A stretch of DNA of 64,000 bases from Microbacterium sp. (GCF_047607225.1 NZ_JASGDO010000067.1:3238-67237), one strand, 5' to 3'. Counted from the stretch's first letter, positions 1 to 9,477 are shown. Made by a program: numbers and translations. The notes: generated from the sequence alone by a model not told the origin.

Positions 1-1315
1 CCATGTCGTCGTGGTCGTCCGACACGAGCGCGATCTCGTGGCTGAAGCCGTCCTTGGCGTCTCCGACGAGGTGATCGTCGTCGATCAGGACGAGATTCCC
101 GGAACCGGGCGCGCGGTGGAGGTCGCGTTGAGTCATCTCCGCGACTTCGAGGGGGACGTGCTCGTGCTCAGCGGCGACGTCCCGCTCCTCGACGCCGACG
201 CCTTGATGCCCTTCCTCGCCGCCCATCGCGCGGCCTCCTCGGCCGCGACGCTCCTGAGCGCGGTGCTGGAGGACCCGACCGGATACGGCCGGGTGCTGCG
301 GGACGAGAACGGTGCCGTCGCGCAGATCGTCGAGCAGAAGGACGCCACGTCAGACCAGGCGGCGGTGCGCGAGGTCAACGCGGGGGTCTACCTGTTCCAG
401 GCCGGGCCCCTCCGTGCGGAGCTCGAGCGGGTCGGGACCGACAACGCGCAGGGAGAGAAGTACCTCACCGACGTGATCGGGATGCTCCGCGCCGATGCGT
501 ACGAGGTGTCCGCCTCGATCGTGGCCGACATCACCTCCGTCATGGGCGTGAACGACCGCGTGCAGCTGAGTGAGGCCGCCCGGGCGCTCAACGCCCGGAC
601 GGTCCGCAAGTGGCAGCTCGCGGGTGTGACGGTGCAGGACCCGGCCTCCACCTGGATCGATGTGACCGCGACGCTCGCCCCCGACGTCACCGTGCTTCCC
701 CACACGCAGATCCTGCGGGCGACCGTCATCGGCGAAGGCGCCGTCGTTGGCCCGGACACCACTCTGGAGGACTGCGAGGTCGGCGCGGGGGCCACGGTGC
801 GGCGCTCTGACGCGACGCTCGCCGTGATCGGCGAAGGGGCCTCAGTGGGGCCGTTCGCCTACCTGCGTCCCGGCACGCAGCTGGGAGCCCGAGGCAAGAT
901 CGGCACGTTCGTGGAGACGAAGAACTCCACGATCGGCGAGGGCAGCAAGGTCCCGCACCTCTCCTACATCGGCGACACCACCATCGGCCGCGGCGTCAAC
1001 CTCGGTGCGGGAGCCATCACCGCCAACTACGACGACATCGCCAAGCACCGCACCGAGATCGGTGACGAGGTCCACTCGGGGTCGCACAACGTGTTCGTCG
1101 CGCCCGTTAGGATCGGAGATGGCGCCAAGACGGGTGCCGGTGCGGTCATCCGCAAGGATGTTCCCGCTGGTGCGCTGGCACTGAGCGTGGCCCCTCAGCG
1201 AAACGTCGAGGGGTGGGTCGAGAACCACCGACCGGGGACTGGAGCGGCCGAGGCCGCGGCCCGTGCTCGGTCTGCAGAGAAAGCGGACGATGTCGCGCAA
1301 GAAGAAAGCCACTGA
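1..1315 (+). CDS. glmU: Bifunctional UDP-N-acetylglucosamine pyrophosphorylase / glucosamine-1-phosphate N-acetyltransferase GlmU (5' end cut by window edge)
   Basis: Frame of ORF 11..1315 stays open to the window edge. Nucleotidyltransferase part (LSGDVPLL, EQKDAT, EVNAGVY) is followed by a long hexapeptide beta-helix region (VGPFAYLRPG, KNSTIGEGSKVPHLSYIGD). prs follows, as in most actinobacteria. Confidence 0.93.
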   Translation, partial: HVVVVVRHERDLVAEAVLGVSDEVIVVDQDEIPGTGRAVEVALSHLRDFEGDVLVLSGDVPLLDADALMPFLAAHRAASSAATLLSAVLEDPTGYGRVLRDENGAVAQIVEQKDATSDQAAVREVNAGVYLFQAGPLRAELERVGTDNAQGEKYLTDVIGMLRADAYEVSASIVADITSVMGVNDRVQLSEAARALNARTVRKWQLAGVTVQDPASTWIDVTATLAPDVTVLPHTQILRATVIGEGAVVGPDTTLEDCEVGAGATVRRSDATLAVIGEGASVGPFAYLRPGTQLGARGKIGTFVETKNSTIGEGSKVPHLSYIGDTTIGRGVNLGAGAITANYDDIAKHRTEIGDEVHSGSHNVFVAPVRIGDGAKTGAGAVIRKDVPAGALALSVAPQRNVEGWVENHRPGTGAAEAAARARSAEKADDVAQEESH

Positions 1316-2321
1316 GCCCGATCGGGACGACATCGCTCCCGGACTGGTCGTGAAGACCAAGAAGCGGCTCGTGGTCGCCGCGGGAAGCTCCCATCCGGAG
1401 CTTGCGCGGGAGGTCGCCTCGGAGCTCGGCTCGACACTCGTGCCCACCGAGCACCGCACCTTCGCATCGGGCGAGATCCTCACCCGCTTCGAGGTGTCGA
1501 TCCGGGGGTGCGACATCTTCCTCATCCAGTCCTTCGGGCCCCCGGTCAACGAATGGCTGATGGAACTGCTCATCATGCTCGACGCCGCAAAGCGCGCCTC
1601 GGCGAAGCGGATCTCCGTGGTCGCGCCGTACTACCCGTACTCGCGGCAGGACAAGAAGGGCCGCGGACGCGAGCCGATCAGTGCGCGACTGGTGGCCGAC
1701 CTCCTCAAGACCGCCGGCGCCGATCGGGTCATGAGCGTCGACCTGCACGCCGCCCAGATCCAGGGGTTCTTCGACGGTCCGGTGGACCATTTGTTCGCCA
1801 AACCGGTGCTGCTGGACTACTTCGAGAAGAGCCTCTCCGCCGAAGACCGTGCCAAGCTCACCGTCGTCTCGCCCGACACCGGCCGGGTTCGCGTGGCTGA
1901 CACCTGGTCCGACAGTCTCGATGCTCCCCTCGCGATCATCCACAAGCGGCGTGACCCGAACGTCGCCAACCAGGTCACCGTCAACGACATCGTGGGTAAC
2001 GTCGAAGGGCGCGTCTGCCTCCTCGTCGACGACATGATCGACACCGGCGGCACGATCGTCAAGGCCGCTCAGGCCCTCAAGAAGGACGGCGCGGAGCGGG
2101 TCATCGTCGCCGCGACACACGCGATCTTCAGCGACCCGGCCACCACCCGTCTTCAAGACGAGGCAATCGACGAGGTCGTGGTCACCGACACGATCCCGCT
2201 GCCGCCGGAGAAGCGGTTCCCAGGTTTGACGGTACTGCCGATCGCCCCGCTTCTGGCCCGGGCGATCAAGGAAGTGTTCGAAGACGGCTCGGTCACGAGC
2301 ATGTTCGACGGCGCGGCCTGA
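1290..2321 (+). CDS. prs: Ribose-phosphate pyrophosphokinase (PRPP synthetase)
   Basis: Motifs HPELA, FASGE..VSIRGCDIFLIQS, DLHAAQIQGFF and PRPP loop VDDMIDTGGT. Start is uncertain: ATG 1290 chosen, GTG 1350 possible, and the ORF opens at 1263 inside glmU. Confidence 0.9.
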   Translation: MSRKKKATEPDRDDIAPGLVVKTKKRLVVAAGSSHPELAREVASELGSTLVPTEHRTFASGEILTRFEVSIRGCDIFLIQSFGPPVNEWLMELLIMLDAAKRASAKRISVVAPYYPYSRQDKKGRGREPISARLVADLLKTAGADRVMSVDLHAAQIQGFFDGPVDHLFAKPVLLDYFEKSLSAEDRAKLTVVSPDTGRVRVADTWSDSLDAPLAIIHKRRDPNVANQVTVNDIVGNVEGRVCLLVDDMIDTGGTIVKAAQALKKDGAERVIVAATHAIFSDPATTRLQDEAIDEVVVTDTIPLPPEKRFPGLTVLPIAPLLARAIKEVFEDGSVTSMFDGAA

Positions 2322-2352
2322 ACGAATCCGTCCCGGGCTCACCGCGGCTGGA

Positions 2353-3696
2353 TCAGCGCGCGACGGTCACCGCGTCCGACGTTCGCGTCTTGGCGACGAA
2401 GTCGTACTTCATCCCGGTCACACGCACCGTGATCTTCTTGCCCTTGTCGGCGGCGACGACCTTGTAGGTGCGACTCCAGCTGTTCTTCGAGATGGCCTTG
2501 CCGTTGCGATACCACTGGTAGTCCACGCGATCGGCATCCGGGGTCCACGCGGCGGCCGTCGCAGCGTCGGCGCGCAACGTCATCCCCACGGTCACCTTCT
2601 TCTTTCCGCCGGGCAGCGTGATGCGCGGCTTCGGCGTCTTGTCGAACTGGTCGAGCACCGTGCGAACGCCGCGCAGCTGGAGGACTGCCTTCCGGGTGCC
2701 CGGTCCCTTGGCGATCAGGAGCACACGGATGACTTTCCCGGTGCTGTCACGTGGCAGCGTGGCGGTCTTCTTCGTGCTGAGGACACGCCAGGTGCCGTCG
2801 AGCTCGCGCAGCTCCCATCGATACGTGAGTGAGGTGGGTTTCGGGGAGAACTTCGACCGGTAATAGAGGTCCTGGAGCTTCGCGGTCAGTTTTGCTCCCG
2901 CCAGCGGCGTCGGGGAGATCGTGATGCCGTAGTTCTTGACACGGCTTCCGTAGCCTCCCGGCACCGAGGCGGAACCCGTCGGAGAGGCGAGATATCCCGC
3001 CCAGATCGGCGATGTGAAGCCGGCGGCATCCTTGGGGTAGAACACGGAGAACCCGTTGCCGACTCCGAACGGCGCCGACCCGTTCCATCCGCCTCCTCCC
3101 GGGCTCACGATGTAGCTGCCGAGTTCCGACATCTGCGGGGCGTTTCCCCGGAAGGTCACCTTGCGGAGCGGATGATTCCACCCGCTAGATCCGGCCATGC
3201 GGTCCTGATCGAACGCGCTGGTGCCGATCCAGGTGACCGTCGTCGGGATCGTCACCGAGGGCAGAGCGTTCCCGTAAAAGGCGAAGTCGTCGATCGATTC
3301 GATGCCCTCGGGGAGGGTGAGCTTCGTCGCAGGGAGGGGAGAGTAGTCCGGGAGCACGTAGGTCACCGGGCCGGCGAAGGCTCCGTAGCCGACGCGCGTC
3401 ACCCGATAGGACCGGTCGGCGACCGTGATCTTCGCCGGGATCGCGATGGTCTTCTTCCGCTTCCCGCTCCAGCCCGTGACGGTCGCCGTGCGCGTGGCGG
3501 TGTCGAGCTGGTATGCGTAGGCCCCCACCTTCTTGGACGTCACGGACGTGGGTGCCGGCGCTGTCGTCGAGGTGGTCGCCGAGGTCGCGGCCGCGGGCGG
3601 AGCGACGGCCGGCGGGGCGAAGCCGACCGCGGCGAGAGTCGCGACGATGAGCACGGGCAGGAGGCGGCCGAAGCGAGCCCGCGGGCGTGAGCGCAT
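2353..3696 (-). CDS. Secreted/surface BspA-type leucine-rich-repeat protein with two C-terminal Ig-like repeats
   Basis: Signal peptide RLLPVLIVATLAAVGFAPPAVA, then an A/T/S-rich linker. LRR_5-like units follow (IPAKITVADRSYRVTRVGYGAF; LPEGIESIDDFAFYGNALPSVTIPTTVTWIGTSAF). Two C-terminal repeats carry the motif (LTYRWELR..; VDYQWYRNGKAIS..KITVRVTG) also found 4x in CDS 60977..63055. Start ATG 3696 is preferred over 3738 because of the signal peptide and a -10 box 7 nt upstream. Confidence 0.75.
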   Translation of the reverse strand: MRSRPRARFGRLLPVLIVATLAAVGFAPPAVAPPAAATSATTSTTAPAPTSVTSKKVGAYAYQLDTATRTATVTGWSGKRKKTIAIPAKITVADRSYRVTRVGYGAFAGPVTYVLPDYSPLPATKLTLPEGIESIDDFAFYGNALPSVTIPTTVTWIGTSAFDQDRMAGSSGWNHPLRKVTFRGNAPQMSELGSYIVSPGGGGWNGSAPFGVGNGFSVFYPKDAAGFTSPIWAGYLASPTGSASVPGGYGSRVKNYGITISPTPLAGAKLTAKLQDLYYRSKFSPKPTSLTYRWELRELDGTWRVLSTKKTATLPRDSTGKVIRVLLIAKGPGTRKAVLQLRGVRTVLDQFDKTPKPRITLPGGKKKVTVGMTLRADAATAAAWTPDADRVDYQWYRNGKAISKNSWSRTYKVVAADKGKKITVRVTGMKYDFVAKTRTSDAVTVAR

Positions 3697-3703
3697 GGAG
3701 CCA

Positions 3704-3709
3704 AAGATA
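3704..3709 (-). promoter_or_regulatory. -10 box TATCTT, 7 nt before ATG 3696 (leaderless LRR gene)
   Basis: TAnnnT hexamer, no SD, correct spacing for a transcription start at the start codon. Confidence 0.45.
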
Positions 3710-3737
3710 CAGTTCGCTGGGCCCGGTTCCACACGCA

Positions 3738-3743
3738 TATGAT
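3738..3743 (+). promoter_or_regulatory. -10 box TATGAT, 6 nt before ATG 3750 (leaderless P-type ATPase)
   Basis: TAnnnT hexamer, no SD. Back-to-back with the divergent LRR promoter in a 53-bp spacer. Confidence 0.45.
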
Positions 3744-3749
3744 CGCGAC

Positions 3750-6467
3750 ATGGGCGCCGCTACGACTTCCTCCGATTTCACTGTCGATGCACCGTTCGCG
3801 CTCGACGTCGATAGCATCGTCGAGGCGCTGGGCACCGCGTCCGGAGGATTGAGCGCCGCGGAGGCGCGATCGCGCCTGGCGTCGGTCGGCCCCAACGTCC
3901 TGCCGGAGCCCCGTCGGGTTCCCGCGTGGCTGCGCTTCCTCGGTCACTTCAACGACACGCTCATCTACATCCTGCTGGGTGCCGCGGCGATCAAGGCGAT
4001 CATGGCCGACTGGCTCGATTTCTGGGTCATCATGGCGGTCGCGATCATCAACGCCGTCATCGGCTTCCTCCAGGAGGGTCGTGCCGAGAAGGCGCTGGCC
4101 GGCATCCGGGGCATGCTGTCCACCGATGCCGACGTGTGGCGGGACGGGGAGTGGGCACGTATCCCCGCAGCCGACCTCGTGCCCGGTGACATCGTCCGCC
4201 TCGCCCCCGGCGACAAGGTCCCCGCCGATGTGCGGCTCGTCCAGGTGGCGCAATTGCGTATCGAGGAGGCCGCGCTCACCGGCGAGTCCGTGCCGTCGTC
4301 GAAGCAGATCGAGGCGGTGCCCAGTGACTCCGGGGTCGGCGACCGGGCCTCGATGGCGTTCTCGGGCACGATCGTCTCGGCCGGGCAAGGCCGCGGCATC
4401 GTGACGGCAACCGGCGCTGCCACCGAGATCGGCAAGATCCAGTCGCTGGTGGGCGGAGCCGGAACGCTGCAGACCCCTCTCACCGGGCAGCTCGCCCGAT
4501 TCGGCAAAGTCCTGACCCTCGTCATCCTCGGCATGGCCGTCGCGATGATGCTCATCGGGCGTTTCCTTCACGCCATGCCGTTCGCCGACCTCATCTCCGC
4601 CACGATCGGCTTCGCCGTCGCGGCGATCCCCGAGGGGCTCCCGGCGCTGGTGACGATCACCCTCGCGATCGGCGTTCAGCAGATGGCGCGGCGCCGCGCG
4701 ATCACGCGCAAGCTGCCGGCGGTGGAAGCGCTCGGCTCGGTCACGACGGTCTGCTCTGACAAGACCGGGACCCTCACCAAGAACGAGATGACCGTTCGCC
4801 GCCTCGTGACACCCGTCGCGCGGTACGAGGCCACCGGTCTCGGGTACGACCCCGCGGGCGAGATCATCGGAGCGTCGTCGGGCGACGACCTGCGGGCCCT
4901 GCTCGCGGTGGCCGATCTCTGCAATGACGCGCACGTCACCCGACGCGAGGACGGATGGACGCTCGTGGGGGAGCCCACGGAGGGCGCGCTGAAGGTCGTC
5001 GCAATGAAGGGAGGCACCGGCGGCAGCCCGCGCTCCCGTCGCATCGGTGTGGTGCCCTTCGACTCGGCGAACAAGTTCATGGCCACCCTCCAGGAATCCT
5101 CCGACGGCGCCCGCGCGATCCTCGTCAAGGGCGCGCCGGATCGCCTCCTCGACCGCTCGCTCACCCAGCGCGGCGCCGATGGGGCGGAGCCCCTCGACCG
5201 GGCCTTCTGGGAAGCGGCGATCGACGAGTTGAGCGGAGAGGGTCTGCGGGTGCTCGCGGCGGCGCGAAAGGCCACCCGCGCCGATGAGGTCACCGAGGAC
5301 GATCTCCAGGACCTCGAGTTCCTGGGCCTCTGGGGCATCCTCGATCCGCCTCGTCCCGAGGCGGTGGAGGCAATCGCCGACTGCCACCACGCCGGGATCC
5401 GCGTCAAGATGATCACGGGGGATCACGCCGGAACGGCCGTCGCGATCAGCCGCGAGATGGGACTCGCCACGGGTGAGGTCGCCGTGCTCACGGGGGCCCA
5501 GCTCGAAGAGATGTCGCAGGAGCAGCTGAAGGCCGCCGTCGTCGACGTCGACGTCTACGCCCGGACCAGTCCCGAGCACAAGATCCGCATCGTCCGTGCT
5601 CTCCAGGCGCGTGGCGAAGTGGTCGCGATGACCGGCGATGGCGTCAACGACGCTCCCGCCCTCACCCGCGCCGACGTCGGCATCGCCATGGGGATCAAGG
5701 GCACCGAAGCCACCAAGGAGGCGGCCGAGATCGTCCTGGCCGATGACAACTTCGCGACGATCCGCAGCGCCATCCGCGAGGGCCGCCGCATCTACGACAA
5801 CCTGCGCAAGTCGGTCGTGTTCCTCCTCCCCACCAACGGCGCCCAGTCCCTGGTCATCCTCGTCGCCGTGGTGTTCGGCCTCACGCTTCCGCTCACGCCC
5901 GTGCAGGTGCTGTGGGTCAACATGGTCACCGCGGTGACGCTCTCCTTGGCCCTCGCCTACGAGCCGGCCGAACGCGGGATCATGGACCGCCCGCCGCGCC
6001 CGACGGGCGGCTCGCTGATCGATCGGCGGGAACTGGGCTTCGTCCTGGTGGTCTCTCTCCTGATCGGCGGCGCGACGCTGGCGGTGTTCTGGATCGCGAC
6101 GGGCCGGGGTGTCGACCTCGACACGGCACGCACGGAGGCCGTCACCATGCTAGCGCTCGGCCAGCTCGCCTATCTGCTCAACTGCCGGTTCCTCGGTCGC
6201 AGCTCGCTCACGCTGGATGTGGTGCGAGGGAACCCTGTGGTGTGGATCGCCGCGGGAGCCCTCGTGCTGTTCCAGCTGCTCTACACCTACGTGCCCTTCC
6301 TGAACGACCTGTTCGGCTCGCGACCGCTCGATCTCGTGGGATGGCTCCTGCCGGTGGTGTTCTCGGTCGTCGTCTTCCTCGCGGTCGAAGTGCTCAAGGC
6401 ACTCCGGCGTGGGGGAGCCCGGCGCACCGGAGCGAACGCCTCCTCGGCGTTCACTGCAAATGCATAG
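3750..6467 (+). CDS. Cation-transporting P-type ATPase (type II, Ca2+/Mg2+-like)
   Basis: TGES, PEGLPA, DKTGTLT (phospho-Asp), KGAPD, MITGD and TGDGVNDAPAL are all present. N-terminal cation-ATPase-N segment (LSAAEARSRLASVGPNVLPEP). About 10 TM segments. Transported ion cannot be assigned from sequence alone. Confidence 0.92.
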   Translation: MGAATTSSDFTVDAPFALDVDSIVEALGTASGGLSAAEARSRLASVGPNVLPEPRRVPAWLRFLGHFNDTLIYILLGAAAIKAIMADWLDFWVIMAVAIINAVIGFLQEGRAEKALAGIRGMLSTDADVWRDGEWARIPAADLVPGDIVRLAPGDKVPADVRLVQVAQLRIEEAALTGESVPSSKQIEAVPSDSGVGDRASMAFSGTIVSAGQGRGIVTATGAATEIGKIQSLVGGAGTLQTPLTGQLARFGKVLTLVILGMAVAMMLIGRFLHAMPFADLISATIGFAVAAIPEGLPALVTITLAIGVQQMARRRAITRKLPAVEALGSVTTVCSDKTGTLTKNEMTVRRLVTPVARYEATGLGYDPAGEIIGASSGDDLRALLAVADLCNDAHVTRREDGWTLVGEPTEGALKVVAMKGGTGGSPRSRRIGVVPFDSANKFMATLQESSDGARAILVKGAPDRLLDRSLTQRGADGAEPLDRAFWEAAIDELSGEGLRVLAAARKATRADEVTEDDLQDLEFLGLWGILDPPRPEAVEAIADCHHAGIRVKMITGDHAGTAVAISREMGLATGEVAVLTGAQLEEMSQEQLKAAVVDVDVYARTSPEHKIRIVRALQARGEVVAMTGDGVNDAPALTRADVGIAMGIKGTEATKEAAEIVLADDNFATIRSAIREGRRIYDNLRKSVVFLLPTNGAQSLVILVAVVFGLTLPLTPVQVLWVNMVTAVTLSLALAYEPAERGIMDRPPRPTGGSLIDRRELGFVLVVSLLIGGATLAVFWIATGRGVDLDTARTEAVTMLALGQLAYLLNCRFLGRSSLTLDVVRGNPVVWIAAGALVLFQLLYTYVPFLNDLFGSRPLDLVGWLLPVVFSVVVFLAVEVLKALRRGGARRTGANASSAFTANA

Positions 6468-6554
6468 CCCTGCATAGGCTTTTGCCGACCTGGCGCCGGA
6501 TAGCGTGGATTTCGCCCCCGCGACGCGGCCGGGCACGACAGAAGGAGGACCGTC

Positions 6555-7061
6555 ATGATCCGCACCACCGCCGTTCCCCGCTCCGTTCGCGTCGGCACAG
6601 CCGCTGCCTCCGTCGTCGGCATCGCCGTGCTGGCCGGCTGCGCCGCCTCCACGACTCCGGCGACCTCGGAGACCGACCCCTCGGCGTCCGCGACATCGCC
6701 CTCCACGACATCACCGAGCTCGGCAACGACCGAGTCCGGAACCGACGGCACCGCGACGACGTCGGCGTACACCGATGGGACCTATACCGCTGAGGGTTCC
6801 TACGCGACTCCGGAGTCGGTGGAGACCATTTCGGTCACGGTCACGATCGCCGATGACGTCGTTACCTCCGTCGAGGTCACCGGAAACCCGACCAAGCGCG
6901 AGTCGGAGGAGTACCAGGCGAAGTTCATCGGGGGAATCAAGGACGAGGTCGTCGGCAAGAACATCGACGAGATCTCCGTGTCCCGCGTGGCGGGCTCCTC
7001 GCTCACCAGTGGCGGATTCAACGAGGCGATCGACACGATCAAGGCCGAAGCGGCCGCGTGA
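6555..7061 (+). CDS. FMN-binding-domain lipoprotein (NqrC/RnfG-type FMN_bind, probable ApbE substrate)
   Basis: SD GAAGGAGG upstream. Lipobox LAGC (Cys29), S/T-rich linker, then a C-terminal domain ending in SRVAGSSLTSGGF, which aligns to the flavinylation consensus D..SGAT.TS. Followed by apbE with overlapping stop/start. Confidence 0.8.
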   Translation: MIRTTAVPRSVRVGTAAASVVGIAVLAGCAASTTPATSETDPSASATSPSTTSPSSATTESGTDGTATTSAYTDGTYTAEGSYATPESVETISVTVTIADDVVTSVEVTGNPTKRESEEYQAKFIGGIKDEVVGKNIDEISVSRVAGSSLTSGGFNEAIDTIKAEAAA

Positions 7062-7927
7062 TGAGCGCGGCCGCCGGCGGCCGGTGGGAGTTCTCGGCGA
7101 TCGGCACGCAGTGGCAGATCGACACTGCCGTCGCGTTGTCGGCACAGGCCCGCAGGCGCGTCGAGCGGACGATCGACGAGTTCGACCGCGACTGGTCGCG
7201 CTTTCGTGACGACTCGCTGGTGTCGGCGCTCGCAGCGGTTCCCGGCCGCGTGCCCGCGCCCGCGGACACCGAGGCGTTGCTCGACCTCTACCGGGAGCTC
7301 GATGTCGCCACGCACGGCGCGGTGAACCCGTTGATCGGCGACGTGCTGCACCGGCGGGGGTATGGGGCCGGATACACGCTCGTCGACCACGGTGCGGCGC
7401 CTGCGCGACCGTGGCGGGAGATCGTGCGGTGGGGTGAGGGCCGTCTCGAACTGTCGGAGGCGGCGACCCTCGATGTCGGCGCCATCGGGAAGGGGCGGCT
7501 CGTCGACCGCGTGGTCGCCGACCTGCGCCGTGAGGTGTCGGGGCCGCTCACGGTCGACGCGAGCGGGGACATCGCCGTGCACGGTCATTCCGAGCGGATC
7601 GCCCTCGAGCACCCCTTCGACCCCGCGCGTGCCATCGGGACCTGGACGGTGCAGGATCGGTCGCTCTGCGCGTCGGCGGTCAACCGCCGGGCGTGGGGAG
7701 ACGGCCTCCACCATGTGCTCGATGCCCGCACAGGCCAGCCGGTACGGGCGATCGCCGCGACCTGGGCCGTCGCGCCGGACACGATGGTGGCCGACGCCGT
7801 CGCCACCGCCCTCTTCTTCGACGGGGGACCCGCCTTCGCTCACCGCAGGGGAGTGGAATGGGTCCGTATGACCACCGACGGCCGCCTGGAGTGGTCGCCC
7901 GACTGTAAGGCAGAGTTGTTCTCGTGA
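7058..7927 (+). CDS. apbE: FAD:protein FMN transferase (ApbE family)
   Basis: ApbE-type motifs FSAIGT, DVGAIGKG, DASGD, HHVLDARTGQP and ADAVATA. GTG 7058 overlaps the upstream stop (GTGA); ATG 7061 is an alternative start. Confidence 0.88.
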   Translation: MMSAAAGGRWEFSAIGTQWQIDTAVALSAQARRRVERTIDEFDRDWSRFRDDSLVSALAAVPGRVPAPADTEALLDLYRELDVATHGAVNPLIGDVLHRRGYGAGYTLVDHGAAPARPWREIVRWGEGRLELSEAATLDVGAIGKGRLVDRVVADLRREVSGPLTVDASGDIAVHGHSERIALEHPFDPARAIGTWTVQDRSLCASAVNRRAWGDGLHHVLDARTGQPVRAIAATWAVAPDTMVADAVATALFFDGGPAFAHRRGVEWVRMTTDGRLEWSPDCKAELFS

Positions 7928-9477
7928 TCTCCTCCCTCACTGCGGCCTGGAATCGCCTGTTCGCCGTCCTCGGCCGCATCTCGATGTACCGGCTCGTGCT
8001 CTTCTCGCTCGCCTGCCTGGCGGTGATCGCGTTCGTCATCTCCTTCTTCGGCGTGCTCGCCCCCACGCCCCTCGACCTGCTCGCGACGTACGCCGTGCTC
8101 GCCGTCGCCTGCACGGTCACCGACGCCGTCGCGCACCGCGTGCTGCGCACCTCGTGGCGGTGGGAATCCACCCTCATCACGGTTCTCATCCTGCTGTTCG
8201 TGCTGCGGCCGACGGTCGATCCCCTCGCTCTGTGCGGGGTCGCGGTGGCCGGTGTCGTGGCCTCCGCCTCGAAGTACCTCCTCGCCTGGCAGGGCCGTCA
8301 CATCTTCAATCCGGCCGCCGTCGGTGCCACCGTCCTCACGATTCTGAGCATCTGGTTCCCCGGGCTGGGTTCATCGGCCTGGTGGGTGGGCTCACCGGCC
8401 CTCGCCGGACCCGTGGTGCTGCTCGGCCTCCTCGTGCTCATACGCACGGAGAAGGTGCGCGTGGTGGCGGTCTTCCTCGTGATCGCCGTCACGGTCGCGC
8501 TCTTGCGCACCGCCACCCAGTTCCAAGCGGCGGGGCTGGAGGTCGACGGCGGGACGCTGTTCTGGCAGATCCTGTGGTCTTCGCCGTTCCTCTTCCTCGG
8601 TGCGTTCATGCTCTCCGAACCGTTGACGCTCCCACCGCGACGTTGGCAGCAGTTCGCCGTCGCCGTGGTCGTCGGTGCCCTGGCTGGATGGCCCCTCACC
8701 ATCGGGGAGATCACCCTCGGTCAGGAGCGCGCGCTCCTGGTGGGCAACCTCCTGGCCTTCGTGTTCGCATTCCGCTCCGCCGTGCGCCTGACGCTCGTCG
8801 AGCGCGTCGTCCTCACTCCCACCGTGCGAGAGCTCGTCTTCCGCGCGGGTCGGCGCTTCCGCTTCACGGCGGGTCAGTACCTCGAGCTCGAGGTGCCGCA
8901 TTCCCGGCCCGACGCGCGCGGGACGCGGCGCGAGTTCAGCATCGTCTCGGCGCCGGAGGAGCTGCCGACCGTCCGGATCGCGTTGCGCGAGGGTTCGCAG
9001 TCCAGCTACAAGAAGGCCCTCGCCCTCGTCGAGCCGGGGCAGTCCCTGGCCGTCACCGGGGTCTGGGGTGACTTCGTCCTTCCGGCCAAGCCCACGAGCC
9101 CGGTCCTCATGGTGGCCGCCGGGATCGGCGTCACCCCCTTCGTGTCGCAGTTGCGCCATCTGCGGCTCTCTGGCGAGGATCGTGACGTCGTCTTCGTCTA
9201 CGTCGCCTCCGATGCCGAGGAGCTCGCTTTCCGGGACGAACTCGAATCGTCCGGCGTCCCCGTGATCGTCTTCACGCGCAACGAGCCGGCCACCCTCCCG
9301 CCGCACTGGCGGTGGGGACAGGGGGCGCGCCTGGACGCGACCGCGCTCGTGACCATGGTCCCCGACATCGGCGCACGGCACGCCTACGCCTCGGGTCCGC
9401 CACGCCTGATCGCCGAGCTCGCACCGGCGCTCGAGAAGGCGCGGTCGCTCACGACGGACGCGTTCTCGGGATACTGA
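7924..9477 (+). CDS. Fusion protein: polytopic RnfD/NqrB-like membrane domain + ferredoxin-NADP-reductase-type FAD/NAD(P) domain
   Basis: N-terminal ~290 aa has multiple TM helices and a GRHIFNPAAVGATV motif, which from memory resembles the FNPA motif of RnfD/NqrB. The C-terminus has FNR-type sites RREFSIVS (FAD) and MVAAGIGVTPF (NAD(P)). GTGA overlap with apbE. Confidence 0.75.
   Translation: MISSLTAAWNRLFAVLGRISMYRLVLFSLACLAVIAFVISFFGVLAPTPLDLLATYAVLAVACTVTDAVAHRVLRTSWRWESTLITVLILLFVLRPTVDPLALCGVAVAGVVASASKYLLAWQGRHIFNPAAVGATVLTILSIWFPGLGSSAWWVGSPALAGPVVLLGLLVLIRTEKVRVVAVFLVIAVTVALLRTATQFQAAGLEVDGGTLFWQILWSSPFLFLGAFMLSEPLTLPPRRWQQFAVAVVVGALAGWPLTIGEITLGQERALLVGNLLAFVFAFRSAVRLTLVERVVLTPTVRELVFRAGRRFRFTAGQYLELEVPHSRPDARGTRREFSIVSAPEELPTVRIALREGSQSSYKKALALVEPGQSLAVTGVWGDFVLPAKPTSPVLMVAAGIGVTPFVSQLRHLRLSGEDRDVVFVYVASDAEELAFRDELESSGVPVIVFTRNEPATLPPHWRWGQGARLDATALVTMVPDIGARHAYASGPPRLIAELAPALEKARSLTTDAFSGY

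Noticed and set aside
3540-5579. 679-aa ORF on the minus strand
   Set aside because: It is antisense to the P-type ATPase, whose motifs are unambiguous. Its translation is Arg/Gly/Asp/His-rich low complexity, typical of antisense frames in GC-rich DNA.
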